A stretch of DNA of 64,000 nucleotides from contig CM022670.1 of assembly GCA_012295275.1 (NCBI GenBank), positions 30,504,001 through 30,568,000 of the forward strand, read 5' to 3'. This DNA comes from Chrysomallon squamiferum. Lineage: Eukaryota > Animalia > Mollusca. Both the position numbers and the translations under genes were made by a program. Shown piece by piece: positions 1 to 13,800 of the stretch. The notes below the pieces were generated by a model. The model ran no database searches. It was not told where the DNA came from and saw nothing but the letters and a program-made list of their open reading frames with translations. How positions within the stretch are numbered: position 1 is the first letter of the stretch; each line of letters starts with the position of its first letter.

Positions 1-405
1 TTGATATAAACAATAATTAAAATAAGATTCAACAGTATTTACATTTTTCTAAAAAATTTATTTGTATAATTTGCAATGATTAAATTTATAAGAATTCATA
101 AAAAAGGAACATTTAAAGGATATAAACTAATAGTCATCATCAAATCAGAAGTAGAAGAAGAAAAAAATCAAACATCATCAGTTGTCTTGGACTTGTTTTA
201 TATTTTGTTTTTTGTCACACTTCATAATTAGTAAAGGCTGACAGACTCTCTTTGTCTAGTTGCCATCAATTATTTGTTGGTTGTTTTAGAAAAAAATAAC
301 TTATTCAGTGTGATGTCAAATATTTAAATTAAAAATATCCATTGCTTGTTTTATTTAAATAATTAAATATTTTTCCTTCCTGGGTTTGAAGACAGAAATA
401 ATTAC

Positions 406-3400
406 CTGACTCCACTGATATTTTTCAAGTAACCACTCAATAATGGATTCTGGAAGATAAAGACTATTTTTGTGGATAATCAGATAATGTGATATTTTAA
501 CTTAATAATGACTGAGTATTTACTTACTTTCACAAAATGAATTGTAATATTTTAAAATAATTTTAATCTCTATATTTTATTTATAACATACATTTAATTT
601 TAATATGCTTTTTTTTTGAAGAACTGTTTTATATATTACTAAAAAATATGATAACAAAATAAATTTCTATATTTTCAGGCACTGAAATAAAATATAGTTT
701 TTTGAGATGTAACTGTATTTACTTTGGTATACTACTTTTTATTTACACATATATACTGCTCATATAACTGAATTAAAAAAAGAAATTTACCGATGGATAC
801 AAGAACCAAGATAAAACCTTCAAAACACACTGAGGAAGACACAATATGTAAATTAACATTTTGCATGAATCATCCACATAGTCATTTTTCCTGTAATATT
901 AAATTAATAGTTTAATGATTTCAGTATAAAGCACACGGTAATCATTGAAATATTTCTTTAGTATAGAACTATTTAATAGGTAAAGATTATTATGGAATTT
1001 ATAACAGTATTTTAAATGGCATGCACATTTAAAGTAGAAGAGCAATTCTCAAAAAAAAGAAGAAAAAAAAAGGAAATGATGAGATTTAATATAACAAACT
1101 AAGAATTTAACAATGTGATAATAATAAGTTAGTAAATAAAATATTTTTAGAAAAGTAACAGTGTCAAGAGTATTAATAAAATTAATTTGAAGAAAAGAAA
1201 AGAAAAATATCCTAATAAAATAAATGAATGCAATGAATAAATAAATATAGTAAATAAAATAAATAAAATGAATTTTAATGAATGAATGAATAAATGAATG
1301 AAAAGATGAATATCCAGCTTTTTCATTATTCTAAAATAAAAAGACAAAACATGGTTTTTTTTTCTAAGATAAGTTACAATTTTCTTACAGTTTTTCAAGA
1401 TAAGATCTGACTCCATCTCCAGTCAATGCTTTAGCATACAGTGAAGTAATTGCTTTAGAAACATTTGGTGGCTCAAATGGAACAACCTATACATAACAGA
1501 AAAGTAAGAAAAAAACTAAAAAACAATATTAATTTCTCAAGTAAAAATTATTTAATTTCTTTTAAATTTTTGTTCAAATGATGAAGTTATACAAAACAAT
1601 AAATTTAAAAATCAAGTATCTTCTTTGAGTAAAAAATGATTTAGTATTATTTACATATATTTTATATTGTTAAAAATGTTTTTTAAAATAAATGAAATGC
1701 ACTGTTAATATTACAACAGTATATACAATATCTGGTAGTCTTAAGACATTAACACAGTACTGATATGTATCTGAATGCTTACAGTATAAAACATCAAAGG
1801 TTTTTAAAGTTATCTATAAAATCAGAATCTTTATCATGATTATACATTGTGGATTAGAGTACCATATTTAATCACAAGCTTTACAAGGTCTGGGGTTATT
1901 ATACTACATAACACATATTATGTAAAAAGGCTTAAAACATCCATTTTTGGACATATCAAGGTTATATTATAAGCACTTGATTTTATTAAAACTACCGTAT
2001 AAGTGTATAAGTCGAATTTTTGGGAGACTATATTAAGGTAATATTTTGGGGGTCGACTTATACATAGGTAATGCTTTTGTAGCTGTTGCTGAAGAGCCGC
2101 CATTTTGACTATTTTTTGCTACGGGATGCATCTAAAATAATTGCGGTCTTTCAGCTTTTCAAAAATATAATTTTAAAAAAGTATAAAAAAATTTGAAAAA
2201 TTAAATAACAAAACCAAATATGAATGTAAAACATGATATTCTTCCGTTTAATCACATAAAAATACATTTTAAAGCGAGAAAACCGTCAGTACGGCGTTAT
2301 GCCTTACGGCGTCTTGCAATGATTTAGGCTATAGCTCGTGTAATACATGCATTTACGTTATTATAGTATGTTCGTGCAAGTTATGTTACAGTAGGCGTAC
2401 AATATAGGCCTTCATGGCCCTGTCACACTGGTCTAAAAATAGTGACGGTGCCTGGAATCTACAGTCGACTTATACACAAGTAATAACTAAAATGACGCAA
2501 TTTTTGGTCTTAAAATACACATCGACTTACACATAAGGTCGCCTTGTACACAAGTATATACGGTAATCTTTAAAAAAATTAAACATACAGTATGACCCAT
2601 TTTTTCCAGCACTGTCTTTGCTATATGAACAGCTCTAATATTTGATGGGACTGCCTGTACAGCACCATCTTCTGTATAGAAACCAATCTTCAGTGGTCTT
2701 GTTTCTTTGAAAATCTAATATAATCAGCAATATATAAAATTATAACTTTTAAAGGACAGTCTGAAAACAAAAAACAAACAAAAATCTCTCTCTCTCCCTC
2801 CTCTCTCTCTGATACTTTTAGTAAAATAATGGTGGTTATGTCCATTGCTCAGGCTAGGACATATCCACTGAGAAATGCCTCAAAAGTAGATTCTAGTTAC
2901 AAAAATAATCTTAAGAAACCATACATATACCCATATTAAAGGATAATTAAAATCTTTTAATATTTTTGGTAGAGAAATAACGTGTTTCAGAAAGAATAGG
3001 GAAAACAATTTATTTCCATAAAATTAATGTTTTAAGAGAGAAATAATAATAATGAAATAAAATGATAACAACTAAATGAACTAGCTATGAAGGTGTAAAA
3101 TTTATATATATATACATACATACACACATACAGTGGTACCTTGACTTTTGAGTTTAATTTGTTCTGTGACTGAATGAAATTAATTGTATTACCATTAATC
3201 TGTTCCAGCCCCCCACAAACCACCCCATAAGCAAAATAAAATGTAAAGAAATACATTTGTTTTGTAAACTGTATTTATCTTGAAGATCAGACAATTTATT
3301 TTAACTCCTTTATCAACTCCTTCAGCTTCAGTATGGTACATATTGTAGAAGTTCTACACTTTTACTGCTTAGGAAAGTCGACTACATGCACACCTCGTTC

Positions 3401-6400
3401 ATGGTTTTCTATGAATTCAATTAAATGGACATCATCCACTTCTTCTTCTCAGCACTGTCCTTTGCACTCATGTTCTTAGGATCCATGGCCAGAAAATAGA
3501 CATTTTGCAAAAGATTGCACAAATTGTAAGCAAAAAACAACAGAGATGCTTCTGTGGTGAAGTAAACAAGTGAGACGTGTGGTGCTGAATGGATGTTATA
3601 TTGTTCATTGTGCCAGCTAGTAGCAGAGTATCTGAAGCTCGCTTGTAACTTGAATTTTGGCTTGCAACTCAAAACAAAACTGGGCGACTGTTCGTAACTC
3701 AAAAAACTCATAAGTTGAGATACCACTGTTTGTATGTATGTATGTATGTATAATGTGTGTGTGTGTGTGTGTTTGTGTGTGTATATATGTATGCATGTGT
3801 GTGTATTTGTGTTTGTAATTGTGTAAAGTATTATGATTTTGCCTCATTCCTAAATGGTATAGGTGCAACATTAGGATCCAGATCAAACATATCCTGACAT
3901 AAAAGAGCTTTAAACATCATCACTATGGTATCAACATCACGACCAATGGGACCCAAAGATGTTTGCACTAAAATAAATCATAATCTAGTGATTTATAATA
4001 AAAGACAAACTAATAATTGACCAGTCAATCAGTCAGTAACTCAGTTAATCATTAGTTCATTCAATCAAACAATCAAGACATTTTGCTATTAATGTGAAAC
4101 AAGAAACTTTTTAAAACAGTGAAAACATTCAAAGCCTTCTACAGTAATTTATCAGTGTCTGAAACAAGTTTATAATTAAATTCATTAAATTAATATAAAA
4201 TTTGTGGAAACGTACTAAATGGGTAAAAAAAAAAAAAAAATTAAAAGAAAGAAAGAAAAATAAAGGAAGAAAAAGAAGAAAAGAAAAGAAAACATTTAAA
4301 GAGAAATTTTTTTTTTTTTTTATTAAAATATATTTATTTCTTACCCAAGGTTTGCCCACGACCAAGTGAAAAACAGCCTTTGTAACTGCTTGAGCGAAAT
4401 ACAAAATTAGAATATGGATATAATTATTTGTTATAAATAATGATTACAGAATTATTTGAATATGTGTGTGTGTTTGTGTGTATTTATATATGCATATATA
4501 TTATTTTTTATAGTTGCTTAGTGTACTAATTTGTAGATAACAGCATTTTGTTTTTAACAGTTTAATCCTTATTATCATAAACATTTGTTTTGTTTTCTAT
4601 TTAATATAGAACAATAATGTACTTAAAAAGTTCTGTATACAGAAAAAAAGAAAGGAGATACATGGATACTAAGTTTTGATTTTTTTCATGATATCATCTT
4701 ATTCACTTAAACAATAACAACAACAACAATAATGGGAAACAAGCTAGAAGAAAAACCATTAAACAGACCTCAGTCTTTTGTTCGTTGGTTTCAAGGTACA
4801 TGTTCCACACATATGACTTGGAACTCTGAGACTACCACCTATATCACTCCCAAGTCCCATCAGTGATCCACCCCCACCAATGAGGGCAGCTTCACCTCCT
4901 GAAGAACCTCCTGGACATCTTTTCTCATCATAAGGATTCTTGGTAACTCCATATACTGGATTAGAGCAAGAATAGCTAGAAAGTGAAAATAAAATAAAAT
5001 AAAATAAAATAAAATAAAAATGTTAAAGCAATAATAATTATAAACATATGTAACAGATGCATGTACAGCATAATATTCTCTATATTAGTTATTAAATTTC
5101 TGTAAAACACAGGTTATAAGAAAGGAAGTTCATTATTGCTGACAATGGACTAAAGTTTTCTATTAGAAGCAGAAAAATATTTTATGCATTTTCTTCCAAT
5201 GCAACTGAAAAAAAAAACAGGAATATATATGTAATAGTAAGAATCTGTGAAAATAGTTCAGTGTGTTAAATACACACATTTAATCATGTAGTAAAGCTAA
5301 TGTGCATGTGTATGAGTATATGTAGACATCTGTATCAATATCTCTGTATTCTACACATCACTTATAATTAATCTGTTTTTCTGGTTTTGTTAAAATAAAC
5401 ATAACATATACCTCATCATTGTCTGTGGGATATTTGTTCTAACAAAAGGAATTGCTCCTAGATTTTTCATAACCTGCAAAATAAAATAAATATTTATAAG
5501 TACTAACCATAACAAATATATTTGAAGAGTTCTCTGATGGAAATAGGAGAAGAAAATAAATGTATCCATTTCTTATCCTTACATCATATTTAAGAGTGTC
5601 TACAAATTTGTAAATCTATGCAACAATGAAAGAAAAACAGGTATGGAAAATAAAAAGCAATATGATTTAATGTCATTTTAACATTAACAACAGTTTCTAA
5701 TAATAATTACTTAATGTGTTTATAATACCTTAATCAACACTGCAGTTTCTTTTGCTGGTTTGTTGATGAAATACTCCATACCAATAGTTGAGTCATAGCC
5801 CTTTTAAAATATAATAATAATAATAAAAATAAAAATAAGATATCAACAAGACAGTAATCTACCAGTGTAAATATCTCTAAAGTGTATGAATGTGTACATG
5901 CACGTGTAATATGTTGTTATGTTTAAAATATGGTTCACTTAAAACAACTGCTTAAAATTATAGTAAATAAAATACTTTTGCCGTCAATGCATTTCATTAA
6001 CTATAAACTATGGCATCAATAAATTTAAAACATATAATGCTATATCATTAAAACATATAATACTATAGCTATTACATATATACTATTTATAATTAATAAA
6101 TAGGCAAAAGAACAAAAATAAAAATGCACTCAACTATAATAACACAATAAAAATAAAATAATAATAATAATTATAAATTAAAAAAATCTACTGAGGTATT
6201 ACAATTATTAAACAAACAAACAATCATTTTGTAGTTTTCTTTGACACTAAAAGGCATGCCATGAAGAAATCCTAGAGGCTCACGACTGGCATCACAAGCC
6301 ACAGCTAGATCAGTAGCCTCCAGCAATGGCTCTGATATACAGTTCAATCTATCATCTACCTTGAGTGCCTGTAAGAGAGAAATGATTCAAAAATAACTAA

Positions 6401-8364
6401 CAATATATGAGCAGTTTACTATGTATAATAAACTTTTTTATTACTGTCTAAAAAGAAGGAATAATTTATAATAAATCTTTTTAATTCTTGTTAGATGAGC
6501 TGTTGTTTTTCAATTCTTCATAAAAATAAAAAAAAATATATATCCTTGATATATCACCTGATGCGATAGCACAAAAAACTTCTCACTGGTCATAACGAGT
6601 CTAAAATATGCAGATATAAAGTTGATATCATGTCTATTTGCTCTGAAAACATTAAATGATTTTATACTACCTCTACTTGATAAGCTCTCAAAACATCCAA
6701 AGCTTTCAGTTTTCCTGATTGCAATCTGTTATGCAAGGCTTTGACAGACAAATTCACAATCTCCTTTTGTAAATCTGGATCAAGCTGTAACAATATTGAA
6801 ATAATTTGTTATGATATACAATTGATATGTCTTCTTTAGTAAATCATTATAGAAAAACAGGAATCACTGTAAACATCAAAAGTATCCCTTTCATGATATG
6901 ACAAAACACAGTCTCTATAGCAGTTACGTTTTATTTGTAGTTGTTGTCCAGTTTTAATAACAATTCAAAAATATCTAGGAACAATCATTTGTTCTATAGT
7001 GATGATGTCATGGCTGAGTTAGACTGATTTGTTCGAATTTTTCTACTGTTAGGGGAAAACAATGCTGCAAGTTTGCCTTGTATGCAATATCTGAAGTTGT
7101 GAAGGGGTAAATGGTGGTATTGAACCTTTTCATAAAGTGTTATTTTATTGTCATACTTTAATACATGCAATGAAAGTTCACATACAACAGTAAAATTATA
7201 ACAAGAAAGAATTTTAGTAGACTACACTCTAATTCAAATTAGAAGTAAGGGCAGAAGAATCACTTATTCTAAGACATATCCACATAATTATTAACAAGTG
7301 AAGCTATATTTTAAATTTATTGCAGCTTCTAATACAGTGATGATTATAATAGTTTCTTCCAATTTTAAATTGCATAATTATAAATTAGAAAGCATCCAAA
7401 TTTCCATGACTTCAGTTTGATAATCACTGACATAACAGTATATAACTGTATATTATCTTTTTTAGTACACCCTTTAATTAGCTTAAATAATAATTTAAAA
7501 AAACACTAAAAAAGTTAAAAAACAAAAACAAACAACACCCACATACTGCTGGGAAATGGACCAAAGTTGTCACTGTACTTGAACAGCTGGTGGAAACGGT
7601 TTAACTGACATAAATAATACGTCCAACCTGCATGTAAGCCGCACAATGGATGATGTATCAAATCGTGAGCTCACTTATCCATTTCCAGTCTGCCCAAAGA
7701 GAAGAATTTCTCAGTAATTTAAGACACCTGTATACCACAGGCAAAGTATGAATTGCCAGTTGTGAAAAAAACACCTGCAAAAGCACTTGATCGTCTGTTG
7801 AACAGCAAGTTTGATGAAAGCTGATTGAGTGTGAACACAAATATGATGGAGTATGCCATCAGTGTTGCCAAACAAGTACAAACCCAGCTTTAGGCACGAC
7901 ACCACTGTCACACGTGCCATTGTAAAACAGAACAGTCGTAAACTGACAACTGTTTGCTATGGGCAAAGATTTATAATAAAAAATAAAAAAATAAAAAACT
8001 GTTTTCCAACTTTATGCAATGATTTTCATTACACTATTGTATGAAACAGTTTTATAGACTTCATTATATATTATAATACAAATGATGACTGGTGTTACAT
8101 GAGGATTTTGATTATAACATAAACCAGCTATAGAACATAGGCCTGTTGACTTACATTATAATACTGAATTTCATTTTCAAGTTTCTCTCTGCTAATTTGT
8201 AACTCTTTCTGTTTCTGTTCCAACTTTCTGTTACGCTTCATTGTCTTCCATACGCCACTGATAACACGAACAGCAACTCCACAGCCAACAGCAACCGCAA
8301 CATATTGAGGCAGCCAGTTCGATACCTCAGTCTTAGATATCTGTTCCTTTATATGTATCCACAT
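406..8364 (-). CDS. FAAH: Fatty acid amide hydrolase 1-like (amidase signature family), 3'-partial. Coding exons: 8364-8155, 6784-6671, 6368-6222, 5800-5729, 5473-5412, 4975-4769, 4385-4345, 3967-3843, 2714-2589, 1486-1389, 890-791, 449-406. Continues left of the window.
   Basis: Manual spliced translation keeps frame across all junctions (GT-AG except one GC-AG). It gives an N-terminal hydrophobic helix ([19 protein letters not shown]), [11 protein letters not shown] (catalytic Lys), [30 protein letters not shown] and the amidase signature [37 protein letters not shown] (Ser-cisSer). It continues with GPIGRDVD...[30 protein letters not shown], collinear with vertebrate FAAH1. Confidence 0.95.
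1995..2563. mobile_element. Non-autonomous Tc1/mariner-superfamily MITE in a FAAH intron
   Basis: Termini are TA|CCGTATAAGTGTATAAGTCGA and GCCTTGTACACAAGTATATACGG|TA. Repeated subterminal TCGACTTATACAC motifs and a TA target duplication are present. Confidence 0.8.
3131..3728 (-). mobile_element. Internally deleted Tigger/pogo element in a FAAH intron
   Basis: TIRs are CAGTGGTACCTTGACTT and AAGTTGAGATACCACTG, with TA on the left flank. A minus-strand remnant from 3486 ([21 protein letters not shown]...[11 protein letters not shown]...STICTILK) resembles the CENP-B/Tigger N-terminal HTH. Confidence 0.8.
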
Positions 8365-8381
8365 CTATAAATTGTATAATA

Positions 8382-8815
8382 CAGATTTTGGTATAATTTT
8401 GGCAACTTCTGTTAAATAAAAACCCTTATAGCAAACATTTAAAATTTATTATTATAATTATTATTTAATATATTTTTTTAAAACCTCATTTTTCTTTCGC
8501 TTAAAATAAATAAAATATAAAATAAATGTTTAGAAAAATGAAGTATCTCAAATGTTCCTTCTTGCTGTCCATATGAAATTTGCATATCAAAATACCAAAT
8601 ATCTGATTTTTGGTATAATTTTGGTAATTCCTGTTAAATAAAAACATTTATAGTGAAAAAAAAAATATTTATTATTATGATTATTATTTAAAATATTGAT
8701 TTTTTGTTTTTTCATATTTTATTTTATTGTTTTCTTAATTTAAAATAAAATAAAATAAAATTTTATGAATAAAAGTGTCTGAAATGTTCCTTCTTATGAA
8801 ATCTGTATACCAATA
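8382..8815. repeat. Diverged tandem duplication, two copies of about 220 bp, just upstream of the FAAH start-codon exon
   Basis: The sequence gattttggtataattttgg..ctgttaaataaaaac..ttatag...aaatgttccttctt occurs at about 8383-8595 and again at about 8605-8815. Confidence 0.75.
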
Positions 8816-9149
8816 ACTGATGAATAAGAATTTTTTCAATTTCAAATAATGAAATATTAATATCTCAATTTTAAAACAAGGATAACCTAATCGTTTGACA
8901 TTTGTGCTCTTAGATTCATTGATGATATCATGAATATGCCGAATTTTGCTGTCAGCCTGATAATAACTGTATTATATATATCATTATATGCAGGTTGATT
9001 TGTGCCCTAACTTAAGGGATCACATCGAATTTTTACTGTAATCATTAATGATATTAAAGAACAAAACAGACCAGAAACTTTACTAATTATTTCCACTTGC
9101 AGGCTTGTCTCAGGAAAAGATGTGTGTCTTATTCTTTGTTTCCGCCTAT

Positions 9150-9480
9150 CTAGTAAGACGATCGCTCGTTGTTGGTGAGAGGAATATTACTAAATCTAAC
9201 AGATTTTCATACGTCGCAACACAGAAGGACCATTTAGATCGTTTTTCACACGAACTTTTTGACGTTTGCGCATGCGCATTTCCCTTCTTGTTCATATACT
9301 TAGCATAATATGGATAGTTGTTTACAATGTCCCACAAACACGTGTTTGCTTGATTAAACATTTTTTTTTACCAACAAAACCATAGGCCTAGAAGTTCATG
9401 TTTATGTCACCGTTCTCGACAGTAGCTACTAGCTGTCCACGCGTATTGATTTCGTTACCGCCTACAAAGACAGTTCATCA
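9150..9480. promoter_or_regulatory. Candidate CpG-enriched promoter with a perfect NRF1/Erect wing-type palindrome TGCGCATGCGCA (9267-9278)
   Basis: There is local CpG enrichment in an otherwise CpG-poor region, about 0.9 kb upstream of the FAAH ATG exon. That ATG is immediately preceded by a splice acceptor (ttatag|ATG), implying an upstream non-coding exon. Confidence 0.55.
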
Positions 9481-9702
9481 AAACAAAATAGTTCTTAAAC
9501 ATAAATGGATTTTTTAAAAATGAAAACAATTTTTTAGAATGGTTTTTAAGACATAGGCCTATATATGCCAATAACAAGCAAATGATCAAAGTAAATATTT
9601 ATAGTTCCGTCCCAGAAAGCTGTTTTTCGACAGTGCCCGAAAATGTGGAAATCCGAAATCATGGAAATGTATCTAGTAATAATATCAAGCCACTGCCTGG
9701 AG

Positions 9703-10600
9703 CAGTGATTCTCAACCAGTGTGTCGCGATATTTTGAAAGGCACACCAAGAAAATGCGAAAAACCACGTGATCCCAAACAGTAGTATGCAAGATGAAAAC
9801 GAAAATATTCTCACTTCAACAGACAAGTTAGTTGCTCTCAAAAAGAAAATAGTGATTTGGAAAAAAAAAAAATCAATCACTAGCAATCTTGATATGATCC
9901 CTATTGTATAATTGTGTTTACTCATCTGACTGCCCTGAACGAAAGCATCAACAATTACTTTCCGTCATTAAAGACAGAAACGTATGCTTGGATTAGAGAT
10001 CCTTTCGTAAATCATTCTTCCAACACTGAACTTCAGTTACAGGAAGAAGAACTGGCCACCCTTTCTAGTGACCGATGGTTAAAATTAAAACATTCGACTC
10101 TGCCCATTGATTCATTTTGGATTTCAAGTGTAGTATGCCATATTATGTAAAAGAGCTTTAGCAATTTTATTACAATTTTCAACTTTTTATATATGTGAAT
10201 TCGGCTTCTCAACATTAAACAACATCAAAAACCAGAAGTGCGAGAGATTACTTACAACGGAAGAAAAAATGAGGGTGTATCTGTCTCATATACGACCAGA
10301 CATTGAGGAAATTATGAATAAAAGCCAGGCACAAATTTCTGACTAAAGAAGCCAGCTATTTGACTGATGAAATTCGAAACACTGCAATGAAGTGAGTTTA
10401 TAGCTGTGCTTTTCTTTATTTTGTTTGAGTCATTCTATGTACATGTCTATGACTAGTCAGTGTCTACGGTTGTATGTCATCTATGACTTGCCATGTTTTT
10501 ATTTTGCAAAATTCAAACATTTTTCATATATATTTAGCCAGGTGTGCCACTTTTTTTTTCATGTGTTCCAAGGTGGCAAAAAAAAAGTTGAGAACCACTG
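9703..10600 (+). mobile_element. Internally deleted hAT (Charlie/Buster-type) element
   Basis: TIRs are CAGTGATTCTCAAC and GTTGAGAACCACTG. The 8-bp flanks are decayed (gcctggag / gcctaaaa). A degenerate transposase C-terminus is present: AWIRDPF...EELATLSSD...FWIS...YICEFGFSTLNNIK...MRVYLSHIRPDIEEIM..QAQISD*. Confidence 0.85.
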
Positions 10601-10760
10601 GCCTAAAATGATAGCAGGATAATTACAGAGGAAGTTATTCAATACAAAGACTAAACTAAATTAACTAGCTGCTTTATTTATCAACTCACTGCTTTCGAAG
10701 TAGCAAATTCATGTGTATTGATTTCGTTGTCACTATTTACCAAAACAAAATAGTGATTGA

Positions 10761-10762
<2 letters not shown>

Positions 10763-10819
<57 letters not shown>
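10763..10819. repeat. (GA)n microsatellite
   Basis: Direct reading. Confidence 0.95.
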
Positions 10820-10821
<2 letters not shown>

Positions 10822-13800
10822 TGTTTTAGACCAATCTCTATGATGCAGGTAGAAAGGATTAAGATTGTTACACACTAAGGTTGTTAAGATTGTTATGCTT
10901 ATGAGCCTAATAAATATCATCAGTAGTGTTACTGACATACTCATAATAGTAATCCAAACCTGCTGGGCTACTTCACACTCTAACCAGTTTTCACTGTAAT
11001 ACATCACTAGCTGTTTTTTCCTTGTCTGTGAGAAGGTGGACATAAAAGATCAGTTGCTGCTAATTAATGAGTAGCACTTAAAGCAAAGCTTACAACTGGT
11101 TTCCTCTCTCAAATTATTTTAAATGACCATCACTGACACCTAGTAAATAATATTTTTGAATGTTTGTAATTACACATGTAACACATCTAAAAGTAAAATA
11201 TTTAGGAAAGGAGTCAATATTGAACATTTTATATAAAATCCATTTTAAAAACCGTAAATGACAAAAACCTATGTATTTTATATATATCTATATAGACATA
11301 TATATCCACACACATATTCCTAGCATATATATTAAAGTAACAGTTACCAAAAAAATGATATAAATACATCACATCCAGATGTGGTAGTGAAAATAAAATG
11401 CAAGATAACATGGCACAGTACTTTGAGGAAAAAACCTTTCATGTTACTAATTTATCTACTGATATACCACTTTGTTATGTGTGAAAATAAAATCTGAATT
11501 TATTTCTCTGAATGTAAGTATTACAGCAACTGAATGTTTGAAATGATATATTTTTACATGCTCAGTTCATCAAATAAGCATGATACAAACAGATAAAGGC
11601 TGAATAATTCTTTTGAACTTAAAACTAATTCCCATTTTGACCTGTTAGTGTTTTATTTATAATTTACTGAATATTTTTTTCAGAATTAAGAAATTTACAA
11701 CTATGTCAAACAAATATTTGGCATCACTTTGATAAATTTCGTTACTACAGATTATTAGATTTTGAACATTTTAGTTTTATATAAACACTAATAAAGAGAA
11801 AAGAAATCTGCTGTATCTACACCATCAGTTACTCTTCAGTTTGCAACGAGATATTTTACATACCAAACAGACAGGATGACATATACCACAGGATTTCATA
11901 AACAAAAAAATTACTCATTGCCAACCTTTTAGGAGGATTGATTCTGTGACCATTCGCATTTCAGGCCAGCACGCTAACCAATGGATCGCTGCATATTTCA
12001 TTTATTAGAAACAGTGTTTTTTGGCAGCAAATATGACTGTCACAACAAGTAGTTAAAATAAAAAATAAAATAAAAAATAAGATAAAAAAAATAAAATAAA
12101 ATAAAATAAAAAGTAAACAAAACCACTTACCAGGTAGGCCTTGATATTTACTATTCTGGGGTTAGTCTGACAAAATCCTCAAAATTATGTTTTGTTTTGT
12201 TATGATTTCCATTTTTACAGTACTCATACTTTCATTTTTGTTAATCTAAAATTTGAACAAGGCAAATTTCAGCACAATATTTAATTTCATAATAATAAGC
12301 CACTGAATGTAATTATTTGTTTATTCATGAATCATAAAACTGTATATTGTTCCTTTTAGACCAACTGGTATACTAATAAAAAATATAAACAAAATTAAAA
12401 AGAACAAGTATGTAGAAATGTCTTGTTTCAGAGCATTGGGCAGAAATATCCTACAGTCTATAATTCTGTTGTAGATCTAGCTCACCAGTCAATACAACTT
12501 TTGTTATCTAATTTTAAGCTGTAATTTGGTTGTGTTATTACAGAATGAACAGTGCAGAAAAATAATATCAGAAGAATGTGTATACATTAACATTACTCTA
12601 CAGAAATACATCTCCCCAGATACCTTTTTTGACAGGTGTCTGCTATAATCCATGGATGCTGAATTACTTTTACAAACTATTAAAGCAACAGTGCAGTTGT
12701 AACAATGCATAAGTGTCACAGAGTAAGTTTGTGGTGACATTTCTCACTGCTGTTGATAGACTGGCACCAGACAATCATCTAACAGTCATCTGGCAAGATT
12801 CATTGGTTCTCATATTTATGATATTATTTCTAAACCACTTACACATACTTTTAGCATATTTTCTATCCAAACGGGTAATCTTCCTGAACATGTGACAATA
12901 TTTAGGGTTGTGCTGATGCAAAAGAAAAGGAATGAAACTGATGCTGGTAATTAAAGTCTGGTGTCAGTGCAAAGTATTATATTTTCAACCATGCAGTTAA
13001 ATAAGTTCTTATTAAAAAATATTTGTATTCCAATTTTTAGCCTGGTTTTCAGACATTTTGTTCTACGAACATATGCTTCATACATTTGTCTGACTTCATT
13101 AAACAGGCATGTGTCAAAGGAAATTATACGGGTATAGTTCACTTAGACATTTTACACAGTAAACCAATTAAATAAATTAAAAGCCATATTGTTTAAAGCA
13201 AAATTCCATACATTTGTTTGATTGTTATTTAACTAGTAGAAAACATAACTTTTCTTAACAATATACAGTCAGCTTCAAAGTGTTTTTTGTTTGACATTCA
13301 TCTATCCTTGGTCCTTTTTTTTTTCTTCTGATATATGTAAATGACATTTCAACTACTGCTAGGTAGCTTATGTACAGAAGACTCAGTGTTGTTGGTATTT
13401 GATAAGGATATGTATAAGAAACAGATGAGACCCTAAATTTAGAACTTTAGACAGTTAGTGAAAGGGTAACAAACAGTGGGCTACATTATCTTGTTTAGGC
13501 AAAACAGCATATATTTTGTTTGCATGTCACAAAATTACATCAGACACGTTAAATTATCCAGCTACAACACTTGCTGGATATAATGAATTTAAGTTTGTGG
13601 ATCTTCTCCCTGTGGAATAGAGAATCAAACAACTTAAACAGGACATGTATTGTATCTATCATCACTGGTAGACACCTGAATACATGAAAAGCTAAACAGA
13701 AAAGGTCCAGCAAGTTATAAGGTCTAGTGAATTATATTGCTAGAGTACTTGAGTTGGTTCTATCTGATTTTTATATGCAGAAATTAGTTGTATTTCAGTT

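Noticed and set aside
7547-7970. GC-richer block in FAAH intron 1 with splice-like signals, short ORFs and a small hairpin (ggcacg...cgtgcc at about 7892-7918)
   Set aside because: It has stops, no FAAH similarity, and exons 1 and 2 already join in frame. It is probably an old repeat.
11921-11992. tRNA-like sequence on the minus strand
   Set aside because: The acceptor, anticodon and T stems do not pair and there is no GTTC. At best it is a decayed SINE head, not a tRNA gene.
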